Source of the DNA: Mobula hypostoma | Lineage: Eukaryota | NCBI RefSeq assembly: GCF_963921235.1 | Contig: NC_086097.1 | Span: forward strand, 235,230,001-235,294,000 | Direction of reading: 5' to 3' | Length of the DNA stretch: 64,000 bases | Program-made: the position numbers and the translations under genes | Notes under the pieces: model-generated | What the model was told of the DNA's origin: nothing | The model's database searches: none | The model's input: the letters and a program-made list of their open reading frames with translations, nothing else | Shown: positions 12,670-26,650 of the stretch, one piece after another | How the letters are laid out: each line of letters starts with the position of its first letter | Numbering within the stretch: position 1 is the stretch's first letter

Positions 12670-13070
12670 AAACCACAAGACCATAATACACAGGAGCAGA
12701 ATTAGGCCACTCGGCACATTGATTCTGCTTCACCATTCCATCATGGCTGAGTTGTAATCCCCTTCAACCCCATTCTCCTGCCTTCTCCCCATAACCTTTG
12801 ACACCCTTAATAATCCAAAATCTATCAACCTCTGCTTTAATTATACCCAATAACCTTGCCTCCACAACTATCTATGGAAATCATTTCCACAGTTTTATCA
12901 CCTTCTGGCTAAAGAAATTCCGCCTTGTCTCTGTTCTAAAGGGATGTTCTTCTATTCTCAGGCTGTGTCCTATGGTCCAAGATTCTACCACTGTAGGAAA
13001 CATCCTTTCCACATCTACTCTGTCTAGGCCTTTCAATATTTGATGGGTTTCAATGAGATCTCTCTCATGA
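12670..13070 (-). mobile_element. CR1 3' end
   Basis: CR1 3'UTR plus the C-terminal RNFFSQKVIKLWK-like coding remnant. Confidence 0.8.
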
Positions 13071-13103
13071 TTATCTTATAATTATAATAATAATAATCAG
13101 GTA

Positions 13104-13808
13104 CAGTAGATTCTGGTTTAAGGAATATATCAGGCCAGTATATTTTGGCTCAATTAAGTGATTTGATTTGGCCCCAATTAGCCAAAGTTTCATTGAAATA
13201 CTTAAAAGGCATAAAAAAGGACAACTACCATTTAGTTGAGTAAATAGCAGAGGAATTAATCTGCCATGTTTTTTTGATTGACTGTAAATGAACGAAGTCA
13301 GTGCAGACACCTAGTACAGATAATGGACTGCTTTCGTACACTACTTTAAATGATTGCATCCTCCAAATCTTCATTTTAATTGTAACATTCAAGATGATTG
13401 CCAATACCTTCATAATTCCTAACTTCTTGAAGTAGTGAAATTTCTGGCATCGCCAGGTCTGAAACTGTAGTGAGTAAAACAGTTCCGAATTGCATTACTG
13501 CTTACTTCTCATCAATCACCAGTGACAGAAGTCACTGCCTTTTGAACACAAGCACACAGTACTGATGCTATTTAAAAAATGATTGCTCTAAGCATGGTAT
13601 AGCATCCAATAGCCACGCAAGCGCACAAGACTAATGTTAATTAGAAACAGTTTGGCAACAATCTCTGCCCCAATTTAATGTCATATTGGCTCAATTAAAT
13701 GAAGGAAATCACGGCTATTTTCTCATTTTAATTTTTGTTTATTAGGAGTTGTCCTAAATAAATGGCTGCCCCAATTAACTGATGGCTCATGTAACTGGAA
13801 TCTACCTG
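13104..13808. mobile_element. Tigger/pogo-like non-autonomous DNA transposon
   Basis: TA|CAGTAGATTCTGGTT ... AACTGGAATCTACCTG|TA: imperfect TIRs with a TA TSD, plus internal CCCAATTA subterminal motifs. Confidence 0.65.
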
Positions 13809-14084
13809 TATTCATTTATAATCTAAACATAAGGATATGTTAGGAAGTGAAAATTTTTCGTGATACGGTAAGCAGTTCTACGATTAACTTAAGGGACTCA
13901 AGATAAATAAGTAATAAGGAATAGTGCTTGAAGAAGGTTATGTGGACCCTTAAATTTGCTCTGATAGTACAGCTGCAATGAGTTTTAATATAAACTATAG
14001 CTTGCTCACAATGGCTTATATTTTTGTTAGTAATATCTAAAAAGATCCATTAATTTCAGTCTTGACTATAACAAGGAAAGAAAA

Positions 14085-14450
14085 AAGCTTGCCTTTATAG
14101 CTTATTTCATAACCTTTGGATATCTCAAAGCAATTTACAACCAGAAGTACTCTTTTGGAGTGTACTTCATAGTAATGAGACAGACCAAACAGCCAATTTA
14201 CACTCAGCAGGCTCCCATAAACAGCAATTTAATAAATAGTCAAAAAGTCTTTTCAGGGATATTTAGTAAGGGGTAAATCTTAGCCTGGAAACCAGATATA
14301 TCCTCTTTGCTCGTCTTCACTGCACTGTTCTAGATTACATTGCACCCAACTGCAAGTTCAGATAGGGTCTCTTTTAATTTCAACAGCGAGGCATTCCCCT
14401 CACCATTGCACAGGGATGCAACATTTATCTTTGGAGTACAAGCCTGAAGT
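14085..14450 (-). mobile_element. Ancient Deu-domain SINE (SacSINE1/AmnSINE1-like), degraded
   Basis: Motifs CTCAAAGCAATTTACA, CAGCCAATTTACACTCAGCAGGCTCCCATAAACAGCAA and CATTCCCCTCACCATTGCAC, recognised from memory of the consensus. Confidence 0.55.
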
Positions 14451-15189
14451 TACACTGTAAATAGACTACAAGAACAGTGGAATTGGGACAAAGCTGCTTA
14501 TAATTCACAGCAGATAACAGAGCAAGTTGAGAAACTGGTCAAAAAGAAAAAAAACAACAGGATCGTGGACCTTGTGCTGTAAACAATGAGGATAACAGCG
14601 GGAGATTATGATCAACCTTATTAAAATGCTTCTTTATCTATAAGTGTAGGAATTTGTCTAGTTCTGGGCACTATACTTCAGGAGGAAATCATCGTGGTTT
14701 CCATGCCATTGGAATCAGTTGGTTGATTTGTGAAGTATCGTGTGCTTCTTGGAGTGCAACAGCAAGTACACGTTAAACAAATACACACACAGGTGTCTTC
14801 ACTCTGTGGGCCACTTCAGAACGAAGACCATCATCCTCGACCTCGAGGGATAGCCATGACTTCAGGAAGAATGCAAGGGCTATCGAAAGGGTACAGAAGG
14901 GATTTGCTCAAATCATTCCAGGATAAAGGGACTTGCTAATGAAAACAGAACAGAAAAAGTTGCCAGAAAACCTGATAAGGATCTTTAAAATCAAAAAGTC
15001 ATATATAGTATCATCAGAGAAAACCAGCAAGAAGTGTCAATCAGGAGACCACAGTCAGGGTGGATCAAAAATGACATCTCCTCCTCACTGAAAATCAACA
15101 ACCGTGTACCCCAAGGATGAGCATAGTCCATTGCTCTCCATACACCCAGGATTGTGTGGCTTACGTCTCCTTCCATTGGTTGAGGTTGA

Positions 15190-17010
15190 CTGTGGATGTT
15201 GCATCCTAGCTATCTACGTTGTTGGAGCAGTGCTGTCTGGGGCTGACAAGACCAAAATGAGAGTGACAGTCTCTGTTGCAAAGGTTGCATCTATAAGTTG
15301 TCTTATCTCTCCTGGAGATGCAGCATTCCTTTTTATGGGCACAATTGTCTTCTGCCATTTTCAGGAATTTTTCCTCATCTGACTTCAGATGTTGTCTCAG
15401 GATGTTTTTCCACCTGGTGCAGCCTGCTGCACGTTCCTCCCAGGACTCAGTGTTGATATCCAACGTCTTCAAGTCCTGCTTGCAGACATCCTTGTAATGC
15501 AGTTGCAGGTGGACAGCGGCTCTCTTGCCTGAAGCCAGCTCACCATAGAGGACGTCGTTTGAGTCGTGGCCATCCTGCATGCAGCGGACATGGCCCAGCC
15601 AGTGCAGCCTACACTGCCTGAGCAGGGTGTAGATGCTTGGGAGGCTGCACAAGAGAGAACCTCAGCATTAGGTACTCTGTCTCTCCAGGAGATGCCCAAA
15701 ATGTGACAAAGGCACTTTACATGCAAGCTGTTGAAACTTCTCTCTTGCTCAGCGTATTGTTACGTACCCCGTAACTGGGTTGCCAAACCAGCAGAAATGG
15801 ATCACTCAGTTGGAGTCTGGAGTACTAGAACTAAGAAAGTTTTATTAAAGAAACAAACAACACAGTAATCGAAAGGATAATAAATGCAGCAGTTCAGCGA
15901 TGATAAACACACATGTGCACAGAATTAAGATAACAGCATCAATCAAGCTCTATCGTTGTCTAGGGGTAAATGACCAAATTTCAAAGTGACTCAAAGTTCA
16001 GTCCAGTTTAGTAGTTCAGTTCGCAGTAATCGTTGCCATGGCGAGGGACAACGTGAGGGGAGAGAGAGAGAGAGAGAACAGGAACAACTGATCATTCAGA
16101 CACGGCTTCACTCACAGACCGGCGATATGGCTCACAAGCAGCTTTTGGGCAGGTCCTTGGTGATGTCACCTGAGGTCACCGACTGTGACCCCTCCTCCAG
16201 ATGCGGTCGATCCTCTGCAGTGAACCCGGCACCCAGGCAAGGGCGGACACACACCGGGTTCCCGCTGATCGTACCTTTCCACCCTGGCCGTTGTCTGATA
16301 CTTCCCATCGACTCGTGAGAGGCGTACCGCTTCCAGGGTCTCGTTACCTCGGGTGGCGTGTGTCCTGCCTTATCGAACCTGTCCCTTTTTATCCCCCTGC
16401 TGGGGTATCGCCTGTCCATCACTTCAAACAGTTCAGGGTTCAAAGGGGGAGCCGCTCCAGACAGCTCTCTACACATCTCCAGGTGCTGTTTCATTGTGTC
16501 CCTTATCTCTCTGTTGAAGACAGGTGGCAGACCAACTGCTGATCACACAGGACAGCTAACATCTTATCTATGTGTATTCGTCACAGTATGCTGTCCAAGT
16601 CTTGCAGCTGTACAGCAGTGTGCTGGTGGCACAAGCATTGGACTCTGACATCTTTGTTTTGATTGAAAGTTAAGAGTCTGAGAGTTCTCCCAAACTCATG
16701 TTGGCGGCAGGCAAGAGTTGTTGCAGCCTTCTCAATATGCTTGTCAATTTCTGCGTCCATGGAGAGGTTGTCACTGATGATGGTGCCCAGGTATGTGAAC
16801 TGATGAACAACATCCAGTTTGTAGTTATCAGTGGTAATGACTGGTGGTGCCCCCATGTCTTGCCCCAGGACATATATCTTCTTCAGGCTGATAGAGCAAA
16901 TTCCTTGCAGGCCCGGGAGAAGTGATCCATCAAGCTCTAGAGGTGCTGTGGAATGTGGGTTGCAACTGCTGCATCATCATCAAAGAGCACATCTCTGACC
17001 ATAGCCTCGC
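15190..17010 (-). mobile_element. RTE-clade LINE fragment split by a solo LTR
   Basis: RLHWLGHVRCM...VLYGELASGKR, a C-terminal CxxC knuckle, and FTYLGTIISDNLSMDAEI. The reading TWTAY|AEQER is restored when the LTR is removed. Confidence 0.85.
15758..16585 (-). mobile_element. Solo LTR (828 bp), TSD GTAT
   Basis: GTAT|TGTTACG...CGTCACA|GTAT, with AATAAA on the minus strand near 15841. Confidence 0.9.
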
Positions 17011-17019
17011 ACACTCTCC

Positions 17020-17870
17020 ACACCCATGACTATGTAGCTAGACGCAGCTTAAATTTGCTGAGGACACAACTGTTGTTGGAAGAATCTCAGATGGTGACAA
17101 GGAGGTGTCAAGGATTGAGATAGGTCAACTGGTTGAGTGGTGTAGCAACAACAACCCTGCACTCAATATCAGTAAGACCAGAGAATTGATTGTGGACTTC
17201 AGGAATGGTAAGTCAAGGGAACACACACCAGTCCTTATTGAGGGATCAGCAGTGGAAAGGGTGAGTTCCTGGATGTCAACATCTCTGAAGACCTACCCTG
17301 GGCTCAATATATTGCAAGACAGTAACAGTGGCTATATTTCATTAGGATTTTCAGGAGGTTTGGTATATCTCCAAAGGCTCTTGGAAATTTCTACAAATGT
17401 ACCGTAGAGAGCATTCTAACTGCTTGCATCACCATCTGGAATGGAGGGGGTTACTGCACAGGTTCAGAATAAGTTGCTGAGGGTTGCAAACTCAGTCAGC
17501 TCCATCATCTGCACCATCCTTCCCAGCATTCAGGATTGCTTGAATTTCCAGCATCTGCAGATTTCCTCGTGTTTGCTGCTTCTAAAGGTTATGCCTCAAA
17601 AAGGCAGCATCCATCATTAAGGACCCCCCCCCCATGCCCTCTTCACATTGCCACAATCAGGGATGAGGTACAGGAGCATGAAGGCCGCACTCAGCATTTT
17701 AGCACCAGCTTCGTCCCCCCTACCATCAGATTTCTGAACAGGCAATGAACCAACCCATGAAGACTGCATCTATTTTTTGTTTAATTTTACACTATTTATT
17801 TAATTATTTTTTATAGATTGTATATATTTCTTATTATAGATTATGGTTTTCTTAATGTATTGCAATATAC
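17020..17870 (+). mobile_element. Rex/Babar LINE fragment, degraded
   Basis: LVEWCSNNNPALNISKTRELIVDFR and a C-terminal AIRFLN-like motif. Confidence 0.8.
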
Positions 17871-17934
17871 CCACGGACTTGGCCTCCATTGCAGTCTGTG
17901 GCAAAGCATTCCACAGATTCACTACTAAGTCTAA

Positions 17935-20220
17935 CCAGGTTAGGTCTTACACAGTGAAGAGTAGGTCACCGAGGAAGTGTGATCGAACAAAGGGATCTGC
18001 GAGGGTAGGTCCATAATACATTGAAAATGGCGTCACAGGCAGATAGGATCATAAAGAAAGCTCTTGGCACATTGGCCTTCATAAGTCAAAGTATTGAGAA
18101 TAGGAGATGGGATGTTATGTTGAAGTTGATTTTAGAAGACATTTGTGAGGCCAAATTTAGAGTATTTTAGGCAGTTTTTGTCACTTACCTACAGGAAAGA
18201 TGTTGAAAGGGTACAGAGAAAATTTACAAGGATGTTGTTGGGACTGGAGGTCTTAAGTTATAAGGAAAAATTGAATACATTACAATTTATTTTGTGGAAC
18301 ATAGAAAATTGGGGGGAGATTTGATAGAGGTATACAAAGTTATGAGGGGTATATATAGGGTAAATGCAAGCAGGCTTTTTCCACTGAGTTTGGGTTGGAC
18401 TTCAATTAGAGGTCATGGGTTAAGCATACGTGCTGCATGCAAGCTCAATTTCAATGTTTAAGAGAAGTTTGGATAGGTACATGGATATAGGGATTTGGAG
18501 AGCTATGGTCCAGGTCAGGTTGATGGGAGTAGGTAGTTTGAATGGTTCGGCATGGACTAGTGGGATGATGGGCCTGCTTCTGTGCTATACTTTTCTATGA
18601 TTCTAAATGGCAAAAGAATTTAGTAAGTATTTTTTGTCAGTCTTCACTGTGGAAGACACGTGCCAGTATGCCAGAAATTCCAGAGTGTAATTGGGGGAGA
18701 AGTGTGTGTACTACCTATTACTAAGGGGAAGGTGCTTGGGAAGCTGAAAGGTCTGAAGGTACAAAAGTCACCTGGACCAAACAGACTACACCTCAGGTTC
18801 TTGAAAGAGGTAGTTGAAGAAATTGTGACAGCATTAGTAATGATCTTTCAAGGATTATTAGATACTGAAATGGTTCTGGAGGACTGGAAAATCACAAATG
18901 CCACTCCACTGCTTAAGAAGGGAGGGAGGCATAACACAGGAAATTATAGGCCAATTAGCCTGGCTTCAGTGGGTGGCAAGATGTGAGAGTACCTAATTAA
19001 GAGTGAGATTTGGGGATACTTGGAGGCACATGATAAAATAGGCCACATTCAGCATGGTTTCCTTAAGGGGAAATCTTTTCTGACAAGTCTGTTGTAATTC
19101 TTCGAGGAAGCAGGTAAGATAGTCAAAAGCGAGTCAGTGGATGTTGTGTAGTTGGATTTTCAGAAGGCGTTTGACATACATGAGGCTGCTAAACAAGATA
19201 AGAGCCCATGGTATTACAGGAAGGATACCAGCATGGACAGGAGATTGGCTGACTGGCAGAAGACGAAGAGTTGCAATAGAGATAGACGTTCCTGGTTGAC
19301 TGTTGGGCAACTAGTGGTGTTCCACAATGGTTGATGTTGGGTCTGCTTCTTTTCATGTTAAATGTTAATGATCTGGGTTATGGAATTGGTGAGTTTGTGG
19401 CCAAGTTTGTAGATGATACAAAGACAAGTGGAGGGGCAAGTAGTTTTGAAAATGCAGGGAGTGAGTCTGCAGAAGACATGGACAGGTTAGGAGAACGGGC
19501 AAACAAGTGGCAGATGGAAGGCAGTATTGAGAAATGCATAGTCATGCACTTTAGTAGAATGAATAAAAGCAAAGACTATTTCCTAACTGGGTAATAAATT
19601 CCAAAGTCAGATGGGCAAGGGGACTTTTGAGTGCTAGTTCCATATTCACTAAAGGTTGAATTGGTAATAAAGAAGGCAAATGTAGTGTTAACATTCATCT
19701 TGAGATGACTAGAATATAAAAGCAAGATTGGAGAGGACCCAGAGGAGTTTTATGAGAATGATCCCAGGAATCACTCTTAATTCTTCAACTCCTTAATGTA
19801 TGAGGAGCATTTGAACATCCCTATAGAACAGAGATGAGCAGAATTTTTTTTAGTCAGAGGGAGAATAAGTCACCCATAATGGAATGACAGAGCAGACTTA
19901 ATGTGCCAAATGGCCTAATTCTGCTCTTATATGCTTTAGTCTTATGGTCTTTTGATGGATGATAGTTCTGAGAAAATATTGGCTGGTATTTAGAAAAATG
20001 GGGGCAGGGGGAATCTCAGAGATTTTGAAAGGCTGAGATAGAATAGCAGTAGAGAAGACGCTTTCTATAAATGGTGTGGCTATGACCTGATGCCACAGCT
20101 TCAGAATAGAAGAATGTTCCTTTAGAACAAATGAGAAGGAATTTCTTTTAGGGAGAGGATGGTGAATCTGTGGAATTCATTGCTACAGATGTCTGTGAAG
20201 GCCAAGTCATTGGGTGTGTA
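17935..20220 (+). mobile_element. Cluster of degraded CR1 ORF2 fragments
   Basis: KSPGP..LH.R.LKE, GNYRPISL, DFQKAFD and KFVDDTK motifs. CR1 3' ends at ~18600 and ~19950. Confidence 0.85.
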
Positions 20221-20235
20221 TGCTGAGCACCATGG

Positions 20236-21385
20236 CCATGTAACGGTTAGTGCAACGCTATTACAGCTTGGGATGTCAGATTTCAGAGTTCAATTCCGGT
20301 GCCCCCTGTAAGGAGATTTATATTCTCCCCATGACTGCGTGGGTTTCCTTTGGGTACTTCAGTTTCCTTCTAGAGTCCAAAGAAATAGAGCTTAGTAGGT
20401 TAATTGGTCTTTGTAGTGTTACATGCTCAAGGAGATCTGTTTTTTTTGTGAGAATGCTGTAATGGCCTTTTGGAGGTCACCTGATGTGATTTTCCCGCCG
20501 TTGTGAGGTCACGTGATGACATGTGTCCCGTGACTATATAAGGGTTGACTCAGGTGACACAGGAGGGTTTTTGAGTTTGTAGATTTCCAGGTAAAACTGT
20601 TGTATCTCCGTTTCTGTTGCGTGTTTGTTTTTGTGACGCAGTTTCATTTTTAAAACAGTTGTACGTTCTGTTGAAAGATTCCATATTACTTGGACTGGGA
20701 ATTTGTGGCTGGAAGTGCCAATGTACTCAATTCTGACAGTTTTGAAGGGAGAGTGAAGAATTCATCGGTGAAGGATCGAGAGAAGTTGGCATCGTTTGGC
20801 AGTTTAATAAAGGATCGACCTTATTGAGTCTTCGTTGAAGAGAAGCTGCATTGAGATAACTCTTGTAAAAGTGCAATGAGTTCATGCAAAAAGGCTCTCT
20901 CTCTAAAAGGAATTTAAGGTCAGTCGATTTAAACTGTTTATTTTCGACATCGGGAATCCTGTGGACAGAACCGGCAGTAAAGGTGCGTTGGTGAAGAAAT
21001 CGTTCTCCAAAGAAGTCTCTCCCAATTGAATGCGTGAAACTGTTGGACTTTCGACGTTATCACTTTAAGAACTATATCTGACTGTATCGCTTTAAGAACT
21101 GTTTCCGCATTTAACTCTTTAAGAGCCAGAGCCAAGTGGAGTTGATGAACGACTGCGTACCTGTTTAACCTCCGGTCAAGGTTTTCCTTTGTTTTTTCTC
21201 CTTATCGTTTATACGTGTTTAATAAATGTTTGGTTGTTTTCATAAAACCTGTCTCGATTAATATTCATTGTTGCCGGTTACGTAACAGTAGATTGTCCTA
21301 TGATTGGGATAGGGTTCAATAGGTGGGTTGCTGGGCAGTGTGTCTCAATGCACCAGAATAACTGTCCATGTTTCATCTCTAATTA
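20236..21385 (+). mobile_element. V-SINE split by a solo LTR
   Basis: Head and V-domain at 20236-20416. The SINE continues at 21288 (GTAGATTGTCC...). Confidence 0.7.
20417..21287 (+). mobile_element. Solo LTR (871 bp), TSD GTAG
   Basis: GTAG|TGTTAC...GTAACA|GTAG, with TATATAAGGG at ~20535 and AATAAA at 21221. Confidence 0.92.
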
Positions 21386-21394
21386 AAAAATAAT

Positions 21395-21990
21395 CAAAGT
21401 TCAAAGTAAATTTATTATCAAACTAAATATATGTAAACATATACTACTCTGAGATTCATTTTCTTGGTGGCATTCACAACAAAAAAAATCAAGCAAAATA
21501 ATAATAACAAATAAATAAACAATAAATATCGAGAACATCAGATGAAGAGTCCTTGAAAGTGAGCCCATAGGTTGTGGAAACAGTTTAATGTTGAGGTGAG
21601 TGAATTTGATTGATGCTATCCCCTTTGGTTTAAGTTTGATGGTCCTGAACCCGACGGTGTGGAAACATGAAGGTTTCTGCACCTTCTTCCTGATGGCAGC
21701 AGCGAGAAAGAAGCATGGCCTGGAAGGTTGGCTGTGGGCGTTGTCTGAAGATGGATGCTGGTTTCCTGTAACATCACTCCATGTAGACATGCTTAGGGCT
21801 TTACTAGTGACGGGCTATGCTGCGTCCACCACTTTTTTGTAGGCTTTTCCATCCGAGGGCATTGGTGTTTCCATGCCAAGCGGTGATGCAACCAGTTAAT
21901 ACGCTCTCTACCGCACAACTATAGAAGTATGTCAAAGTTTTTGATGACATGCCAAATCTTCACAAACTTTTAGGAAAGTAGAGACGCTGA
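21395..21990 (-). mobile_element. Rex/Babar LINE 3' fragment
   Basis: Same family as 27010-27870 and 59190-60835. Tail reads AATAAATTTACTTTGAACTTTG on the minus strand. Confidence 0.7.
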
Positions 21991-22152
21991 AAGTAGAAAG
22001 CAGAGGTTGATAGTTTCTCAGTTAGTAAGGGTGTCAAAATTAAGACCATAAGATATAGGAGCTGAATTAGACCATTTGGCCCATCGAGTCTGCCAAACCA
22101 TTTCACCATTTCCTAGTCAGCCCCAATTTCTTGCATTTTCCCCATATCCCTT

Positions 22153-22684
22153 ACAACACGCTGGAGGAAATCAGCAAGTCGGCAGCATCTGTGGAAATGA
22201 TCAGTCAACGTTTCGGGCCAGAACTCTTCATCAGGACTAAAGAGGGAAGGGGCAGAGGCCTTATAAAGAAGATGGGGGGAGGGTGGGAAGGAGAAGGCTG
22301 GTAGGTTCCAGGTGAAAAACCAGTAAGGGGAATGATAAAGGGGTGGGGAAGGGGAAGAAGGGAGGGGATAGGCAGGAAAGGTGAAGAAGGAAAGCACAAT
22401 GGGTAGTAGAAGGAGGCAGAACTATGAGGGAGGTAGTAGGCAGCTGGGGGAGGGGGCAGAGTGAAATAGGGATAGGGGATGGGAGAGGGAGGGAATTACC
22501 GGAAGTTGGAGAATTCAATGTTCATACCAAGGGGCTGGAGACTACCTAGATGGTATATGAGGTGTTGCTCCTCCAACCTGAGTTTAACCTCATCATGGCA
22601 GTAAAGGAGGACATGTATGGACATATACGAATGGGAATGTGAAGCAGAGTTGAAGTGGGTGGAGACTGGGAGATCCTGTCTGTT
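22153..22684 (-). mobile_element. Penelope-like element 3' end with hammerhead (22201-22240), nested in a CR1 3' end
   Basis: GIY-YIG C-terminus HFNSASHSH...LRLEEQHLIYHLGSLQPLGMNIEF. Reverse strand reads TTAGTC-CTGATGA-AGAGTTCTGGCCC-GAAA-CGTT-GACTGA. Confidence 0.85.
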
Positions 22685-22983
22685 CATGCCCTGACTAATC
22701 AAGAAACTATCAACTTCCGCCTTAAACATGCCCAATGACTTGACATCCACAGCCACCTAATTCACCAGTCTGATTGACCAAAATTATGGGAAGAAAGCTA
22801 AAAAATGGGGTTCAGAAGGAACATAAATCAGCCACAATTGAATGGTGGAGCAGACTTATTGAACTGAATGGCCTAATACTTCTCCTACGTTTTAAGATCT
22901 TATGTATCTGTACCCCAAGGTCCCCCTGTGCTACAACACTCCCATGGCCCAGCTGTTCACTGCATGAAGTTGATCGGCAAAAA

Positions 22984-23567
22984 GAAACATAGAAACATAG
23001 AAAATAGGTGCAGGAGTAGGCCATTCGGCCCTTCGAGCCTGCACCGCCATTTATTATGATCATGGCTGATCATCCAACTCAGAACCCCGCCCCAGCCTTC
23101 CCTCCATACCCCCTGACCCCTGTAGCCACAAGGGCCATATCTAACTCCCTCTTAAACATAGCCAATGAACTGGCCTCAACAGTTTCCTGTGGCAGAGAAT
23201 TCCACAGATTCACCACTCTCTGTGTGAAGAAGTTTTTCCAAATCTTGGTCCTAAAAGGCTTCCCCTCTATCCTCAAACTGTGACCCCTCGTTCTGGACTT
23301 CCCCAACATCGGGAACAATCTTCCTGCATCTAGCCTGTCCAATCCCTTTAGGATCTTATATGTTTCAATCAGATCCCCCCGGAATCTTCTAAATTCCAAC
23401 GAGTACAAGCCCAGTTCATCCAGTCTTTCTTCATATGAAAGTCCTGCCATCCCAGGAATCAATCTGGTGAACCTTCTTTGTACTCCCTCTATGGCAAGGA
23501 TGTCTTTCCTCAGATTAGGGGACCAAAACTGCACACAATACTCCAGGTGTGGTCTCACCAAGGCCAC
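22984..23567 (-). mobile_element. Young CR1 3' end
   Basis: Open 162-aa ORF nearly identical to the C-terminus of 28993-31248, with a (TTTCTATG)n tail. Confidence 0.95.
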
Positions 23568-25344
23568 ATAAACATAAGTAACAAGAGGAATGTTTTTGCA
23601 GAATAAGTTATAAGGGTCGAGAATGCGCTACCAAGGATAAAAATGGAGTCTGATTCAGTAATAGTATGGAAAATTATATACTGGATAATATGTAGTTATA
23701 TTACGTAAAGCTGGATAACTATCTGTAGGAATTTGCAGGGCTCTGTGGAAAGGTTAGTGTGATAAGACCAGTTGCATCACTCTCATTTCAAGCCAGAATG
23801 GGATCAACCAGCTAAGAGTCCATCTTCAATGCTGAACCAGTTCTGTGATTCTGCAGTTCCTGGATTCAGTTCTTCAGATGCAATCTCAACAAAGCTCTTC
23901 ATCATCGCTATAATTTTCTTACTTTTTTATTAAATGAAAGCTGATATTCACTTGTCCTCCTAATTGGTTCCTGTGCTTTATGCCAATTTTATCTGATTTA
24001 CATACAAAACCACACAGGTTTTGCTGATTTCCAAGATTTTCCAGTCCGTTAAAAAATATTGTTCCTTTTATGCTTCCCACCAGTATTATATTTCAACTGC
24101 CAACTTCTTATATTTCAACAGTTCTAAATCCCCTTGTAACCTCTTAGTGACTTTCTCACTTTTTCATCTTCCATCTAACTTGGTACCATCACAATAGAAT
24201 AGAATAGAACTTTATTGTCATTGGTCAAGACAATAAAATTGAGATGGTTCTCCAGTCCATGCAGAAATAAATATTTACAATGCATGACTCAATAATAAAA
24301 AAAATAACACTCCATAACAGTCCAGAACACTCAAAGGCATTGGCAAGCTGAGGTGTAGCATTATTCAGTTTTTCAGTCTTACTGTCTTGGCTGGATAATA
24401 TTTCTGTGTCTCCGGATGGCAGGAGATTAAACAGATAGTGTCAGAATGGGATTGTTCTTTAATGATATTACAAGAGTGCCATAGACATCGAGAGTTGTAG
24501 ACTGTTTCCAGGTACTGGGGGTGCATTATAGTTGATTCCTTCAGTAAGTCTTTGAAATAAATTGGATGCAGCTGAGACTTAGAGCTGATCCTTAATGATC
24601 ACTAGATTCAGATTCAGATTCATTTATTTATCACATGTACATCGAAACTTGCATGAAATGCATCATTTGTGTTAATAACCAACTAACCTAAGGGAATGCT
24701 GGGGGCAGCCTGCACATTGTTACTTACAACAACTTAAAAGCTAGCCGTGGCTTTATTTTTTTGTTCATTAGTCTATCCTCAATCCATGTCCTCAATTTTA
24801 TTTTAACAATTTTTTATATGTCACCTTATGAAATTATTGATAAAATTCCATTGGCTCCACTCCTTATCTCCCACTAACTGCATTGTCAAAGAAGACATAG
24901 ATTGTATAAACTCTTAACTTTCTTTCATAAAGGTTCACAGTTGAATCATTTCATGATTTTCTAAGTTCCTTGCCACCATTTTAATGAATAGATTCAAGTA
25001 TTTTCTCTGTTCTAGTTCTCAGCATATTTGTATCCTAATTTGGCCTCATGATTTTTTTTCAAATTCTGTGGTTTTATTTTCTGTGTTCCATTCTATGGGA
25101 GATACTTTATAATCTAGGGATGCATTAGTGATGATAAGACTTTATGCTGTAGACATTGTCTTTCTGATGACTTCCAGCTTCATTCATTAATTTTAGTTCC
25201 ACATTCTTATGAGACAGAAGATTTTTCACCTTTTCCTACATATTAAATGTCTTCTGGCAGCCCCTGAGTGAGACAAGACCCACACAGTTCGATTCAAATA
25301 TTCAGATATGCGTGTCTCCAGGGAAGTCTTTAACTTATGCCTGT

Positions 25345-26227
25345 TGTTACAGCATCAGCAACAATGAATATAGAATTGAATCAAGTTTTATGAACAAACA
25401 TAAACATTTATTAAACTCTGCTCAACAATAGAGAAAAGTATTCAAACGACTAACTTAACCAGAAGTTAACTGCTATACGGCTACTCTGGAACAGTTCTTA
25501 AAAGGGTAAATTCGAAAACAATTCTTAAAGCGGTAAATTCGAATACAGTCTTAAAATGGTAAATTCGAAAGTCCAAGTGATTTACACAGTCAATAAGGAG
25601 AGTCTTCTCTGGAAACGGATTTCTTCGAAGACGTGACATTACTGCTGATTCTCCAAAGGATTCACGACGAAGGAAATAAAACGGCTTAAAGGAACTGACT
25701 TTTCTTGGGCAAATGAACACTGCACAAACTTCCCCACTCTTGCAGGAGTTATCTCAGATACAGGTCACTATTTCTAAACGAAGACTCAATAAGGTCCATC
25801 CTTTATTAAACCTCCGAACAACTCCAACTTTATTCAATCCTTCAGGTTCTCGTACTTTAGTAAGGTCTTCACGCCCCAATACTACTGTAAAGGAAAAATC
25901 CTAGGGGCAAAACCCCAAACTGGCAGCGATTGGCGAAACTGCCAGTACAACGATTTTACCTTACAATAGAAAGTAAAACTCCGTTTTAAAACTACACTGC
26001 GTCATGAGATGAATACACAGCATAACGGAGTTACTGACGAACTAAACTAAAACTGAATTGAAACTAACTGCATCACAACAGGGTTCCCCTTTATATACCT
26101 GTTGAGAACATGTCATCATGTGATCTCACACTGGCAGGAAAATTACATCACCCCGCTATTACATCATGCTGACAAGATACTCAATTACTCATAAGACAGT
26201 CACAAGATACCCATGAGGTATGTAACA
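25345..26227 (-). mobile_element. Solo LTR (883 bp), TSD CTGT; related to 20417-21287
   Basis: CTGT|TGTTACA...TGTAACA|CTGT. Shares terminal blocks with the 20417 LTR and has a 3x ~27-bp internal tandem repeat (GGTAAATTCGAA) at 25490-25570. Confidence 0.92.
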
Positions 26228-26236
26228 CTGTCTATT

Positions 26237-26650
26237 ATAGAAACATAGAAAATAGGTGCAGGAGTAGGCCATTCGGCCCTTCGAGCCTGCACCACCATTT
26301 ATTATGATCATGGCTGATCATCCAAATCAGAACCCTGTCCCAGCCTTCCATCCATACCCCCTGATCCCCATAGCCACAAGGGCCATATCTAACTCCCTCT
26401 TAAATATAGCCAATGAACTGACCTCAACTCTTTCCTGTGGTAGAGAATTCCACAGATTCACCACTCTCTGTGTGAAGAAGTTTTTCCTAATCTCGGTCCT
26501 AAAAGGCTTCCCCTTTATCCTCAAACTGTGACCCCTCGTTCTGGACTTCCCCAACATCGGGAACAATCTTCCTGCATCTAGCCTGTCCAATCCCTTTAGG
26601 ATTTTATATGTTTCAATCAGATCCCCCCTCAATCTTCTAAATTCCAATGA
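26237..26650 (-). mobile_element. Young CR1 3' end
   Basis: ORF 26327-26647 is near-identical to the 28993 ORF C-terminus. Confidence 0.95.

Noticed and set aside
25490..25570. Regularly spaced ~27-bp repeats (CRISPR-like)
   Set aside because: These are tandem repeats without unique spacers inside a eukaryotic LTR, and there are no cas genes.
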